Assembly: GCA_001643675.2 (NCBI GenBank)
Contig: LSRY02000038.1
Location: 806,001 to 870,000, forward strand
From: Monocercomonoides exilis PA203
Lineage: Eukaryota > Protista > Preaxostyla
Direction: 5' to 3'
Length of the DNA stretch: 64,000 nt
Part shown: positions 23,870-37,554 of the stretch, piece by piece
How positions within the stretch are numbered: the stretch's first letter is position 1
How the letters are laid out: each line of letters starts with the position of its first letter
Made by a program: the position numbers and the translations under genes
Notes under the pieces: generated by a model
Seen by the model: the letters and a program-made list of their open reading frames with translations, nothing else
Told to the model about the DNA's origin: nothing
The model's database searches: none

Positions 23870-26800
23870 ATGTTTTTGAGCCTTATAGAAATATCAAATT
23901 TTAAAAGTTTCTCAACGGAAATTCAAATTCCTTTCGTGAACGGCTTTAATGTAATCAATGGACCAAATGGAACTGGAAAATCGAATCTATTGGATGCCAT
24001 ATGCTGTTCTTTTGCATGTGACCCAAAACTCATGCGCGTAAATTCATATGCAGAGCTTTTAAACAGCCAAGGATTGCAAGTGGCTCGGGCAGGATGGGTC
24101 GTGGTTCATTTGAAACATGATTCGACAGAACGTCAGGTCCGCGTCGACATAACAGAAAAAGGAGCAACTTGGCACATAGATAGTTCACCTAAAACCGCAA
24201 AGGAAGTTAGAGAGTTTGGAAAGCGAAATGGATTTAATTTTTCTGAAGGATGTTTGCTTCAATTATAAAGTTTATAAAATGATTTTTTTACAATTAAATT
24301 GAATCTTTTTAAAAAAAAATTATAATTTCAGCGATGAGCGTCATTAGGCAAAATTTTGTTGTAAGGCTTTTGGATAATCCGCGAATGCTTTCTGACGTGA
24401 TTCAAAATGCGAATGGAGCAAAAGTTTGAGAAAAGAACAACTCTTTTTTATTTCGATAACTCCTTCCAATTTGGACCGAAATCTCATTCTTCATTTGATT
24501 TTGTGGAATATTTTATTAATTTTATCAATCATGATTATTTTCAGAAACTGCTTGATTCTGTCAGAGCAGCCCAGAATGACTTGGCAAAGTGGAACGAGAG
24601 GAAACATGAACTGAATTCAACACTACTTGTTCTTAGAGAGCGAGTCGAGGAAGAAGAGAAGAAAAAGAAGGATGCACAACGCTTGAATGGTATGTTGAAG
24701 AAGAATTGAAAAAATAGAAATGGAAATAAAAAATGTTGTTTTGAAAAAGAAAGAGATAAATTCCTGATATTTGAAATAATTTTATGAAACTAATTCTCTA
24801 TTTGAAATGTAAACAAAATTCTGAAATATTTATTTATTTTTATTGAATTTATTTCTCCATTTTGATAGAGTTGCTTATTTTGGAAGAAGGAAACAAGGAA
24901 CAATTAATGCAATTTCAGATAGAATTGATTAGAAAATCAATTTTTGGGTTTTCTGATTTGAAAAAGCAACTCAAAAAGAAGGAAAATGAATTGAGTGTAT
25001 GTTTTATGTGATTGATATGATTTTTGAAAAGAATTTTTTTTTATGTTTGTAAAAAAAAAATAATTTTCTATTTTTTTTCATTCATCTTTTCGTTTCCAAA
25101 TATCTTTCTCTGTATTTATTTATTTATTTTTAATATTTTCAGCAAAAAGCTGAACAAATTGATGATTCTTTAAATGAAATTCACAACTCATTCACTGAAA
25201 AAGCGAAAGAAATCAAAAAAGCAGAAGAAAAAATGGAATCATTGAAAAATCTTATAACTCAAAAGAAGAAAGAAATGGATGAGTTGACAAATATGTTGAA
25301 TGAAGAAAAAGAAGAAAGAGAAAGAAAAGAAAAACAGTTACAAATGCTAAATAAAGAACTTAGCCAAAAAGTGTGTTTGAAGAATTATTATGTGTTTATC
25401 AATGAAGATGTTTATGTTTATTTTTCTTATCATTTTCTTTTAAGAAGAAAAAGAATATGTGAAATGTTTTCATGAAAGGATATTTTTATCAAATGGTTTT
25501 TTTTTTTTTTAGAGTTATTTCCACATTTTTAGGTTTAAAAATACTTGTAATTAAATATTTATTTATTTATTTATCATTTTCATTTTCATTCAGCAAGAAT
25601 TTATATCCACATTCCAACCACAAATGGAGAAATTGAATGCAAAAAGATATGATCTCAGAGAAGAAATGGCGGAATTGAAAGAAGAAGAGGAAAGAGTGAA
25701 AGAAGAATACAACACACTGAAGATGGCTGTGATGGAAGAGAAGAAGAGGAAGAAGGAGAAGAAGAAAGAGAAGAATGAAGAAGAAGAAGAAAGAAAAGAG
25801 AAGATGAGGATGAAATTAGAGCAACATGCAGAAAAGAGGAAGAGAGACATTGAGGAGCAGATAGAAAGAGAAGAAATGGCATTGAAGAAATTGAATGTGT
25901 GATTTATTGTGATTGTTATGTATCCGATGTGAATGTGATAATGACTGTTATTATTTGCAATAAAATTTATTGATTTTTATGTAATTTTGATTCTTTCTTT
26001 CTTTCTTTTATTTTTATTGCAAATAATTTTATTTTTAATGTTATCGTTAACTTTGTTTCATTTTATTATTTATCGGTTTATTGAAAATTAATTGTTAATT
26101 TTAATTTATTTATTTATTTATTTCCATTAGAATTCTCTATCGTCCATCCAGTCTGCCCTCCAAAATGCTGAGAAAGAAGAACAAGAAAGAATAAAACAGA
26201 AAAAAGAGATCGAAAACAGGGAAAATGATATTTTGCAGCGAAAAAACAAAGTAGAAAACGAAGAAATGTTCGAAAAATTCACTTTTTCGATGCAGAGCTG
26301 TGTGAAAGGGGTGAACGAAATGAAAGATTTGTTTGAAATTCTGTTTGGAAGAGATTCAACTTCATCATCATCATCATCATCATCTTCTTCTTCTTCTTCT
26401 TCTTCTTCTTCTTCTTCAAATTCTTCTTCTTCTTCCTTTTCCAATCAAACACAAAGAAAATATCAAGAAGAAAGAAATCAAAATTCGTCTTTTTCTTCAC
26501 ATTCAGAAGAAGAAATAAATTTGAAAGGAACAAACAATCCATTTAAGTTGATGAAGTTTATTTTGGAATCATTTGAAAGAGAAGAAGAAGAAAATGATGA
26601 TGATGATGGATTTGAAAAAGAAGAAGAAGAAAGAGAAAGAAAAGAAAGAGAAAGAGAAAATAAAAGAGAAATTTTAAATTTGGCTTCATTTTCTAATCCA
26701 TCGAATCGTTCAATGAAGCTACCAAAACTAAATTTCACTGAAAAATCCAGAATTCTCAATGAAATTCAATTTTTCTGTGAAAATTTCAAATTTTGGTTGG

Positions 26801-29800
26801 AAAAAGAATTTGAAAGAATGAAAAAAATGTATCAAAATTGTTCTCCGGTTCTGTTGAATGAGGAAACTCTGTTGGAAACACTGAAATCTAATCAGATATA
26901 TTCGGCTTATTCATCATCATTTTCATCATCGTCTTTATCTTCTTCTTCTATTTATTCTTCTTCTTCTCTTCTTCTCTCTTCCCCCGCACTTCGTGTCATT
27001 GATACCCTTTCCTTCGCTCTCCATCCAAAAACTTCTTCTTTTCTTCTTCCTCTTTCTCTTCTTTTGCCTTCTTCTTCTTCTTCGATTCTTGTTTCCCCTT
27101 CTCTTTCTGTCACGAATGTCATCATCAATGCATTCCAGAAGAAGATATATCGAATTGATTTTGATGGTTTTGAGGAAGAAGGGAAGGAGAAAGAAAAAGA
27201 AAGAGAAAGAGAAAAAGAAAGAGAAAGAGAAAGAGAAAGGAATAAATCAAATAAAATGATTGAGAAGAAAGAGAAGAGAGAAATGAAAGAAATAAATAAA
27301 TATAATCATCTTCAGCCTCTCATTGTGAATAAAATATGGAAAAAGGGAAGAATTCGCGTGTGGCCTATTGAGGAAGTGCAAAACACGAGAAAGTCAATGA
27401 AAAAATTAACAGAAAGACAAAAAGATGGATTATTGCAAGATGTGGTGGAGAAATTCAATAAATTTGCAAATAAAGAGAAGGAAAAGGAGAAAGAGAAAGA
27501 GAAAGAGAAAGAGAAGAAGAGGAATTTATTAACTTCTTCATATTCTTCCTCTTCCTCTTCCTCTTCTTCTTCCTTTCAACCAATTAACCAGAATATCACA
27601 ATTCATCAAGCATTTTTCCCTTCTTCCTTTTTGAATGCCTCTTCTCCTCTTTTCAATGCGATTTATTTGAAATTGTTTGAAAATGCTGTTATTTGTACAG
27701 ACGATGAGTTGGCAGCATTTTTGATAGAAGGAAAGGGAAGAGAGGGAAGAGGAGGAGGAGAAAGAAGGGAGAAGGCGAATGAGAGAGAAAGAGAAAGGGA
27801 AAGGGAAAGAAGAAGAAGAGAAAAAGGAAGAAATAGAAGAGAAGAAGAAGAAGAAGGAGAAGGAGAAGAAGAAGAAGAATCAAATGATAATTCTTCTCTT
27901 TCTTCTTCTCTTTCTTCTCTTCTCAATGCAATTCGTATTGATTGTGTTGCCACCACAGAAGGAATCATCCATCGAAAAGGAGAACTTATTGGAGGATATC
28001 GAAAAGAGATGGATAGAAACATAGATAGATTCAATTCTGCTAATAATTATACAAATTCTTCTTCTTCTTCTTTGCAGCCTTCTTTGCTTCATCTTGCTCC
28101 TAATCACATTTCTGATAATATTTCATTTCATTCTACTTCTTCTTCTCCTCCTCCTTCATTTTCATCTTCTTCTCTTCCTCAATCAACCAATTCAAAGTTT
28201 AATTCTTCTGATCTTCTAACAGTTCGATTAATGAAGCAGATTTCATCAGACATTTCATTAAATTCCCTTTTTGCCTCCTCAATCAATATTCCGCAACTCC
28301 GCATGTCAAATTCTTCTTCTTCTTCTTCTTCATTCATGTCAAATTCAAACATGTCAAAATCTTCTCTTTCTTCTCCTTCTTCTCCTTCATCTCAAATGCC
28401 TTCATCTTTTCTTCTTCAATGCAAGTTTTATCTTTCACTCATTCACAATCATATTCATTCAACATTTCCTTTTCTTTTCTCTTCTTTTTCTTCTCTTTCT
28501 GAACATTTGAACCAGAAAAGTGTAATTTTTGAGAGAGAAAGAGAAATAAATAGAATGTTAAAGGAAGAAAAAGAGAAAATGAATGAAATTCTGAATAAAA
28601 AAATGAAATTGAAGCAAATGGAGCAAAAAACAGAAGATGAAATGGAATTAATTAGAGAGAAGATGAAGAAGATGAAGGAGAGATTGAAAGATGCTGAAGA
28701 TTATTTGAAGAAAGTGAAAGGGGAGAAGAAGAAAGAAGAAGAAGAGGGAAAAGAAAAAGAAGAGGAAGAAGAAGAAAAAGGAAGGGAATTTGAAATGAAT
28801 TTTGAAGAAGAAGAAAATAAAAAGGAAAATAAAAAGGAAAGAGAAAGAGAAAGAGAAAGAGAGAAAGAAAAAGGGAAGAAGAAAGAAGAAACAACAATGA
28901 AAGATTTGCTGATTGCGAGTGAAGAAAGAAGGAGGAGAATAAAAGAGATGATAGAGAAAGTCGAGAAAGAAATGCAAAATGTGGAGGAGGAAGAGGAAGA
29001 ACTGAAAGAAGACAGAGAAATAGAAGAAGAAGCAATGAAGGCGATGAAAAGAGAGAAAGAAGAATTGGAAGATGAGATGAGGAAGAGGGCGAAGGAAGGG
29101 AAGTTTGAAGAAGAAGAGGAAAAAGAAAGAGAAGAAGAGGAAGATGAAGAAGAAGAAGAAGAAGAAGAAGAAGAAGAAGAAAATGATGAAATGAGAGAAG
29201 AAGATGAAAAAAAGGAAAAGAAAAGAAAGACAATTTCATCATCTTCTTTTTCTTCTCATAATAATCTGAAAATTAACAAAGAAATGAGGATAAAAAAGCT
29301 GAAAATCGAAAAGATGAAACTTGATGAGGAATTAGAAGAAATGAGAAAGATGATATCAGAATTGAAGGGGAAGAAAGCGAAGGAAGAGAAGAAGAAAGAG
29401 GAAGAAAGAGAAGAAAGATTGAAGAGAGAGAAAGAAAAGGTTTTGAAGGAGAAAAACGAAGTAGAGAAGAAGAAGATGGAAGTGAAAAAGAACATTGAAA
29501 AGAAAGAAGAAGAAATGAAAACAATGAAAAAACAAATGAAATATTTTGTGAAGAAATATCGATATGGAATGAAAATGAAAAAAGAAGAGGGAAAAAAAGA
29601 AGAGAAAGAAGAGAAAGAAGAGAAAAAGAAAGAAGGAAATGTTGGAGAAGAAGAAAATGGGCAAAAAGGAAGAAAAATAAATGAAGAAAAAGAATTTTAT
29701 CATTCCTCGAGTGATTTTGATTCTGGCTCATTTTTATCTTCTTCTTCTTCTTCTTCTTCCAAACAAAACACTCAATCAATTGATGAATTGAATGAAAAGA

Positions 29801-31943
29801 TTAAAAAAGCAGAGAAAAGAGGAAGAGAACTGAAGAGAGAGAGAAATATTGTTTGGGCGAATTTGAAGCAGAAAATGAAGGAAGAGAAGAAGAAGGAGAG
29901 AAAGAAGAAGAGAAAAGATAAAACAAAAAATGTAACTTTAACTTCAGAAAAATCGAATAAAAATGTGAAAAATGTGAAAAAAAGCAAGAAGATGGAAGAA
30001 GATGAAGAATATTTTGAGGATATTGAAGAAGAAGAAGAAGATGATGATGATGAAAAGGAGAGTGAAGATGAAGCAGAAAGAGAATGGAGATTGATGTTGA
30101 ACGAAAGGAAAAAGAAAGCGAAAAGATTAGCTCAAAAAGATATTAATAGAAATAAGAGAAAAAGAAGGAAAAAGATAAAGAAAAATGAATCATTTTTGGA
30201 TGATGATTATGATGAAGATAGCGAAAATGAAGAATTAAAAGAGAAAGAGAGAGAAGAAGAGGGAGAAGGAGAGGAAGAAGAAGAGGAAGAAAGTGATATA
30301 AATGATGATAATGTCATTGAAGATGAATCAGATATCGAAAGAGATTTCATCCATCAATTTGTTTCATCTCTTGTTCCATCATCATCATCATCATCATCAT
30401 CAATATCTTCTTCTTCTTCTCTTTCTTCTTCCTTTTCTTCTTCTTCTTCTTCTTCTCTTTCTTCTTCTTTATTCTCCTCCTCCTCCTCCTTTTTCTCTTC
30501 TACCTCAGAATCCCTCCAAGAAGTGAGTATTCTGCTGGACCGTATGAAAGTGATAGAGAAAGGTGTAGATCGCATAGAAGAAGCAGCCAAAGAGGCGAGG
30601 AAGCTGATTGGAGAGGCAAACAGGAGTTGGCTGGTGGGAGTGGGGAAGGAGATGCAGAGGCTGTTTGGCGGAGTGTTTGTGGCGAAGGAGATAAGACTTG
30701 TGCCGGCGAATTGGAAGGAGGGGGAGAGGAGAAGGAGAGGGAGAAGAGGGGGGAAGAATAAAGAAATGGATGTGGAGGTGGAAGAAGGAAATGAAGATGG
30801 TGATGAATTAATTGCTGAAATTGAAGATAAAGACGATGAAAAAAAGAAGAAAAATGAACAACCACAAAAAAAGGAAGAAGAAACAGAAGAATCAGAAAAT
30901 GAAGAAGAAGAAGAGGAGGGGGAGGGGGAGGAAGAAGAAGAGGAAGCGATTGATGAGTTATTGGAAGAAGACTGGAAGAAAAAGATGAAAGATGAGAAGA
31001 ATTTTTGGTTTGAAGACGGGATTGTGATAGAGATGAGGGACAAACCGCTTTCAGGAGCTGTTTCAGAAGGAAAGGAGGAAATGAATGAAGATTCGCATTC
31101 AGCCGAAGAGAAAAGGAAGAGCAAATGGAGAGATGGTTTAAGCGAACTGAGTGGCGGGCAAAAGACGATTCTTTCTATTTGTTTCATTGTGGCAGTGTCA
31201 AAAATGTGCATGAGGGGGAAAGAAAAGGGAGGAAGAAGAGGAAGAAGCGGAAATAACAGGAGAGGGAAGGAAGAGGGTGTGGGAGAGGAAAAGGAGGAGA
31301 AAGAGATGAAAGAAAGGGCTGACGAGCTGGCCGAAGAGATGGATGAGTTGGGCCTGTCGCTTCCACAGCCAAATCTGATGTTGTTGGACGAGGTTTGTGT
31401 GGAATAAGGATTTATTGGAATTTTCTGATAATATTTGAAACACATTTTTTCATTCAAAGATGATATCATTAATATTTTTTTTAATAATTGATTTTTCTTA
31501 TTTATTTTTCAATATGTTTATTTTATTTAATTTTTTTTTTTCAAATGAACTCCACAACATTGTTTCTCCGAAACAATCATTCAATGTGTGCACAGATTGA
31601 TGCGAACTTGGACGAAGCGAACCAAAAGCTGCTGGCTCGGCTGCTTTCTGTCTCATTCAGCGAAGTGCAGATCATTTGTGTGTCTCATTTGCCTGGGTCA
31701 ATTGGAGTTGTTGATTGTTCAATAACACTCGACAAGGCAAAAATGGGGAAAGAGAAAATGGCATCGCATTTGTTTTCGTCGAAGGTGCAGCAGCAAAAGC
31801 ACAGAAAAGCTCAGATTGAGAAGATGGCATTGAAGGCTGATCGAAATGGAAGCGAAAGTCAAGAGACCAGTTCATTTTTGGAAGAAGAAAAAGGATTAGA
31901 TACAACATTTGTATCTTCTATTACTGTTTGTCAAAGAAAATAA
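23870..31943 (+). CDS. SMC-family ATPase, most like SMC2 (condensin), 8 predicted exons, with low-complexity insertions
   Basis: Walker A GPNGTGKSNLLDAIC; Q-loop region SVIRQNFVVRLL; hinge-like RIRVWPIEEV and ATTEGIIHRKGELIGG; signature WRDGLSELSGGQKT (SMC2-like LxELSGGQ); Walker B/D-loop LMLLDE|IDANLD; QIICVSH. Exons read by eye at GT-AG sites: 23870-24251, 24332-24423, 24545-24689, 24869-24996, 25143-25370, 25594-25896, 26131-31392, 31596-31943. Confidence 0.88.
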
Positions 31944-32273
31944 ATGCCAGCTGTATCTTCACAACTTATAGTTCATGAGAGAATGCTGTTGTTTTCAGAT
32001 TTCTCAGAAAGAAGAATTTGAACTGTTTATCTTTCAATTCATCTTTTTTTTCTGAAATTGTGTGATTTATGTCACAGTTAATAATTTGAACAGAGGAATA
32101 GTCCTTTCAACATCACCATTTTTTTTTCTTCAGACTTGTTTTTCAAAAGCATTCAAAAACTTTTTCAGAGGCCAAGAAATGTTTCATTCGAAAAACAAAT
32201 GAAAATAAAATATTGATTGTATTTGGAAGAGTTACAGTTTTATATTTTTCCTTTAATATTCTTCAGGAACGTA

Positions 32274-34522
32274 GGGTTATTATTTAACCCCCACCTTTTT
32301 TTTTTAACTCTGATAAATTTTTTTTGCAAAAGTTTTATGTCCCACTTTTCGAAATAATAACTTGATTTATAGGATAAAAGGTGTCTATGTTGAATATTAA
32401 AAATGTTTTTTGAAATGAAGCCTATTTCTCATGGGGGTGAATGGAGTAGTTGAAAATTTTCCATCAAGCTTCCACGGAAATTGGTTGGTTTCAAGGGGTG
32501 TTAAGCCATTTTGTTCATTCAAATTATATTTTTTTATATATTTTTTGTGAAATTCAATTGCTTTAAAAAAAATATGATAATTAGATCTAAACCTTAATAT
32601 AAAAAAATGAAAATTATTGTTGAACAAAAAAGAAAAGAATGGCAGAAAAAATTAAAACATACCATGTTATCTTTTCAATACAGTAAATGCAAGAATATAC
32701 AAGAACGAATGGCACACATAGTGTGTGATGGCGTCGTCAGGATCACAGACGCCATCAATTCTGAGCAATTCAGCCGCAGCATCATAAAAAAACGCAGCTC
32801 GGGCGTTGCTAGCGAAAAGGGAAGTTGGTAAATCAGGGAGACCGCAGGTAATCAGCAAAGAGAAGGAAGAAACAGATATGGACGTTATTAAAATCGATTC
32901 CATTTGCGGAAGCAGTTTGACAATGAAAAAAACAAGAGAATAGGTTTGTTTACTATTTATATTTTAACAACGTTATTTTTTTTAGATGGAAAATGTGGGT
33001 AATTATTTTTAAAATCATATTTTTTCATTCAAAAATTTCTGTGCGAAATTATTTCTTGAATATCAATAAAAAAAAATTGAAAAGTGATAAGGCTTAATGT
33101 TAACATTTTATTATTTTATTATACTAAAACGTTTGCAAATCAAAACAATTATTATGCTATTTCTCTTTTGTATAAATATTTTCTTTCAAAAAATCAACAA
33201 TCTTTGAAAAATCAACACACCGAAAAAATGTATGATTTCAAAAACAATCACCCATGTATAAAATGTCATTAAAGACGAAAATGAGCCATATATAAAGGTT
33301 TCAAATGCATCGGCTTATGGATTTTTAAAGCGTCATCCCGATCTGAAAAAGGCGAAACCAAAAAGTTTAGACATTTATCGACTGGCTGTGTCATGCAAAA
33401 GTGTAATGAAGTCCCAGTATCAAATGATTACAGAATTTCACGAAGCAAATAACAACAATCCTTCAAAAATATTTAATGTTGACGAATCTTCTTCACATGT
33501 ACCATCTGCTGCTATATTGAAGTTATCCATCCATCTGGACAAAGCGCTGCGTATTTGCAAGGAAGCACAAAGAGTGGACAACACGACACTTGTTGTTGCC
33601 GCAGTTGCAGCAGATGGTTATTCATTGCCTTGCATCATTCTCTGGCCAAGTATTAACTTGTAGACGACTGAAACACCTTCTTTTCCCAACATTTGAAATA
33701 TGGTCCAACAAAAGTGGCTGAATTACAAAGCAAAACTTCAAGAAATATGCAAAAACAGTTCTTCTCCCTTCCATCGTCGAAAGAAGAAAGCGCATAAAAC
33801 TCGAAAAGAGAACTGCATTCTTTTCAAAGATTTCCATCCTTCACGCGGAGATCCTTCAATTTTGAAAGCCTTCTCAAATAATGACATTGACTTCGTAACA
33901 TTCATTCCCCACAGTACTCATTTATCTCAGTCATTTAATTGAGGAATATTTGTAACTCTCAAGACTTGCCTTTTTTCATCATTTGATGTTCCATCATCAA
34001 CGTTATCGTCTGCATCAAGAAAAGTACTTGTCGACGAGCTTCCTCAAGCAATTCACTCCGCTTTTCTCCTTCAGTAATTAAAAAAGCTTTTGAACAAAGC
34101 GGAGTCCTTCATAATACATTCGGTCCGGTTCTTTGCAAACCACCGGAATCATCAAAATACCCTCTTCCTTCCCATCGTAACCGTTTCGATTATTTAAAAA
34201 AGTTAATTACACAAAAAAAACTTCTCGACGATTGGGAAAGATTTTTGGGAGAAATGAAAAAAAGGAGAATGAAAAAGACATGAAACAAGTGATTAAAAAC
34301 GAAAAAGATGAAATGGTTTAATTAAAACATAAAATCAAAAGAAAACGCTCTGACGTTATTTTTGAAGACACAAACGAAGACGAAAACGAAGAGATGGAAA
34401 GAAAACCAGGAAAAAGAAAGATTAATTGAAGAATTGATTCTTCTTTCGTATTTTTTTTCAAAAATTTTTCTCTTCAAAAGTTTGTGTCAGAAAAAAAATG
34501 TGTTATGGTTAAATGATAACCC
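32274..34522 (+). mobile_element. Decayed pogo/DDE_1 DNA transposon, copy 2, with 16-bp TIRs
   Basis: TIRs GGGTTATTATTTAACC (32274-32289) and GGTTAAATGATAACCC (34507-34522), 15/16 match; flanks CGTA/CATA. Transposase fragments: MAHIVCDGVVRITDAIN, FLKRHPDLKK, IFNVDES, TLVVAAVAADGYSLPCIILWP, SGW, TFIPHSTHLSQSF. Multiple stops and frameshifts. Confidence 0.85.
32997..33253. mobile_element. 257-bp MITE nested in pogo copy 2, with 4-bp TSD ATGT
   Basis: TIRs GGGTAATTATTTTTAAAATCAT and ATGATTTCAAAAACAATCACCC, with ATGT on both sides. Removing the insert plus one ATGT restores codon-for-codon colinearity with copy 1 (MENV*NVIKDENEP vs MENVLNDNNDEDVP). Confidence 0.85.
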
Positions 34523-35049
34523 CATAAAAATTTGATTAGAAATTATTAAGGGCATTCTATTAAACATCTGCGCAGCATGCCTTCTGACGTAAACATTTTT
34601 GGAGTGAAGTGACATAACCATAAAAAAAACTTTTTCAATTATTAAAAAAATATTTCTTTCATCAAAAAAGAAAATGCAGGGAATAATTGAATTTTATTCA
34701 CAATTCATTCTTTTAACATTGGAATTTATTATGCATAATTTTTAATTTTTCAATCGGTTGTTTTCAATTAATTAATAAAAAATCGGTTGTGTTGTGATCA
34801 ATTTTTATGGAATAAATACCACGGCACTCTTGTCACTGCCTGTCACTGATGTGATTTAATTCAATAGTCCATTTTTTCATATGTTTGTGATTTTAACTTG
34901 TGAAAATGTTTTTTAAAAGAATTTTCCACTTGTTTTTCTTCTTGTATTTATTGTTAGTGTACAATTTTTTTTCAAATTTTTTTATTTTTTTTCTTAATTA
35001 TTTGTATCATTTACGCATGTTCTTCGTATGGATATGGAGGAATAAAGAT

Positions 35050-36910
35050 GCGCTTTATAAAACAAAAACAATGGCAGCAGTTTTGTGGCTGAGGATAAGA
35101 AGCGATTGGCTGTTCGGAGATGATTGTGCGCGCTGTTGGATGGGAGATGTAGAGAACGCTGTGCTGAGGGAATTTGTCAGCAGGCAGGAAATGTCGAAAA
35201 GAACAGTGCAGCAGCAGGGTTGGAGGTGATAGAGACACAGTAATTAACGTTCCAATTACATTCGAAAATGGGAACTGGAGATTGAGGAGGAAAGAGGAAT
35301 GCGTGCTGGTTGTTGAGGAGTGTGTGGTGAGGGGGCCAAAACAGAGCAAAAGCAAGCCGAATGCGATCCTGGGCTAAGAGGGTGTCTGGAAGGGAAGAGT
35401 GAAGGTGGTAACCGGTGAGTCCTTTCTGCCAGTGCAGAGCTGTTTGATAGATCAGCAGGGGAGGGTGGGGGGATGCAGCTGTTGTTCGTGTAGAGGTAAC
35501 TGTGCAGTGCTGCCTGCACTTCCAAATACTTGTGTGTGGAGCCAATAGAGGAGAATGGATGATGACACACTGTTTAAAAAATGCAAGGCAGATCACTGAT
35601 CTGAGAGGAAACAGGAGGATCGGGCAGAAGGTGTTTGAGAAGATCGGAGCAGAAGAGGAAGTGCTTGCGCGGGTAATGCTTTCAAGCGAGGAGCTGGATG
35701 TGTATGAGTGGGCAAGTTGGAAAGGAGCAGAGGGAGGGCAGGGGAATGATGTAAAGGAAGAAAAAAAGTTTTACACGACATCAGCAATTACGCTGGAAAT
35801 GAGAAAGGAAAGGGAAGGCAGTGGGAGGGGAATATTTGAGCTGCATTTGTGGACGATCAAACTGCATGTTGGAGTGAGTGTTGTGTGTGTGATAGTGGTG
35901 ATGATGACTGTTGGGTGCTGTGCGCGGCAGCGGAGGCAGTGGAAGGAGCGGGGGCGGAGGCTTGTGGAACCGTGGGAGAAGGTGCTGGGATAGAACAAAA
36001 GAGATGCAGGAGACTGTGTTTTAATTTGTGATGTTGAAATGGTGGAAGGGGTGGATGTTGGTGAAGAGGATGTGGAGGTGGTGGTGCTGCTGAGTGATCA
36101 TGTGCATGACAAGGAGGAAGCAGTGACAGAATGGAAGAGCAAAGTGGAGAGTGAAGGTGTTGAAGGCAGAGACGGAAAAGAAAGTGGTGAAGAAGGACGG
36201 AGGTTCAAGACTGAAACGAAACATGGAATGGAGAACGTAAAAAGGGAGGAGAGAAAGGGAATTGGGGGGTTTGGAAAGATGAAGATAACACTGCACATCA
36301 AGAAAAAAAATTGTTTGGAGTTGTGAATTTGGATGCAGGACGGACGCTAGAGAGGCAGCTGCACTGTGAGAAATATTCAGAGAAAGGTGTGTTTTGGGTG
36401 GTGCACGTGTGCTATCAAATCCTACGGAGCGGGGAGACGGAGATGCTGCAAACGAACATGAGCAAGAAGGAAGAAATAGCGAACGGGGAGGATGTGGTGG
36501 CAAAGCGGGATGTGGAAAGCTGTGAGGAGATATGCAACCTTGGAGAAGCGGGAGGTGGTGATAAAGGCACTGTTGCGTTTTTCATGAAAGGATTGTGTGG
36601 AAGTGAGGAGGAAAAGGGAGCGGTGGGCAAGGGCAGAGGTTGAGCGGGAGGAGAAAAAGATTAAGAAAAAAATTGAAAAAGAAAAAGAAGATGAGAAGAG
36701 GAGGAAGAAGAAGATAGAGGAGGAGAAATGATTTAGCTGAGAATTTTTGTATTAATTTTGAAGTGAAGCACAAGAAGGTGATTTAAATGAAGAGGAGGAG
36801 GATGAGGAAGGAGCAATAAAAGAAGACGAAGAATTCAATGGAGAAAAAGAAGAAATAGAATTTGATGAAGATGACGATGATGAATGTGAAAAAAAAAAAG
36901 ATATTTAAAC
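35050..36910 (+). pseudogene. Decayed fragment of a probable type-I membrane protein gene
   Basis: GC/purine-rich coding-like island broken into short ORFs. One TM-like segment followed by basic residues (VGVSVVCVIVVMMTVGCCARQRR) and an acidic tail. Family not recognised. Confidence 0.35.
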
Positions 36911-37554
36911 AGAACGGTTTCAAAGAATTGCTATTACGTACGTTGGCTATTCATTCAAGCAAAGAAATGTTCACAGATAGGATAGGAACAACTGACAAAT
37001 GAAAATAAAGAAACAATTTATGAATATTGAAAACAAAATAATACAAAAATTTCAGAGATCATTTGGGTTATTCTTTTTGAATAATCGCAAATGTTTAATT
37101 TTCAAATAAATCAAAAATATCATATTTTGCTCTGATTTCTATTTCCACTCACGATTCTTCTTAAGAATGTGTGAAATAGCATTATCCAGAAATAGATTCC
37201 ATATAAGAGAAGTTTGGTGAATGTTAACAGAAATTTGAGCAAAATATGATATTTTTGATTTATTTGAAAATTCAACATTTGCGACTTTTCAAAAAGAATT
37301 ACCCATTTTATTAATAAATATATATATAATGATTTTTTTTTCTCATGGGTAATGTTTTCTTGATTCAAAATAAATTGAAATAATACTCGCAAAATTATTT
37401 CTCTTTTTGAATCAAACTATTATTAATAAAAAAGAATTAATTTTTAATTTCAAATGACAATAATCATTGTGGAAAATCGTGAATAGAATGTTGATTGAAG
37501 AGCAAATTTTTTTTCACAAGAATTCAATAAAGTTTTATCCTTGACAAAAATGAT

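Noticed and set aside
15506-31469. Numerous antisense and alternative-frame ORFs overlapping the two giant genes
   Set aside because: Expected by-products of stop-poor GAA/TCT repeats; they contain no independent motifs.
36311-36643. Degenerate kinase domain after the TM segment
   Set aside because: No HRD, DFG or other kinase motifs are recognisable.
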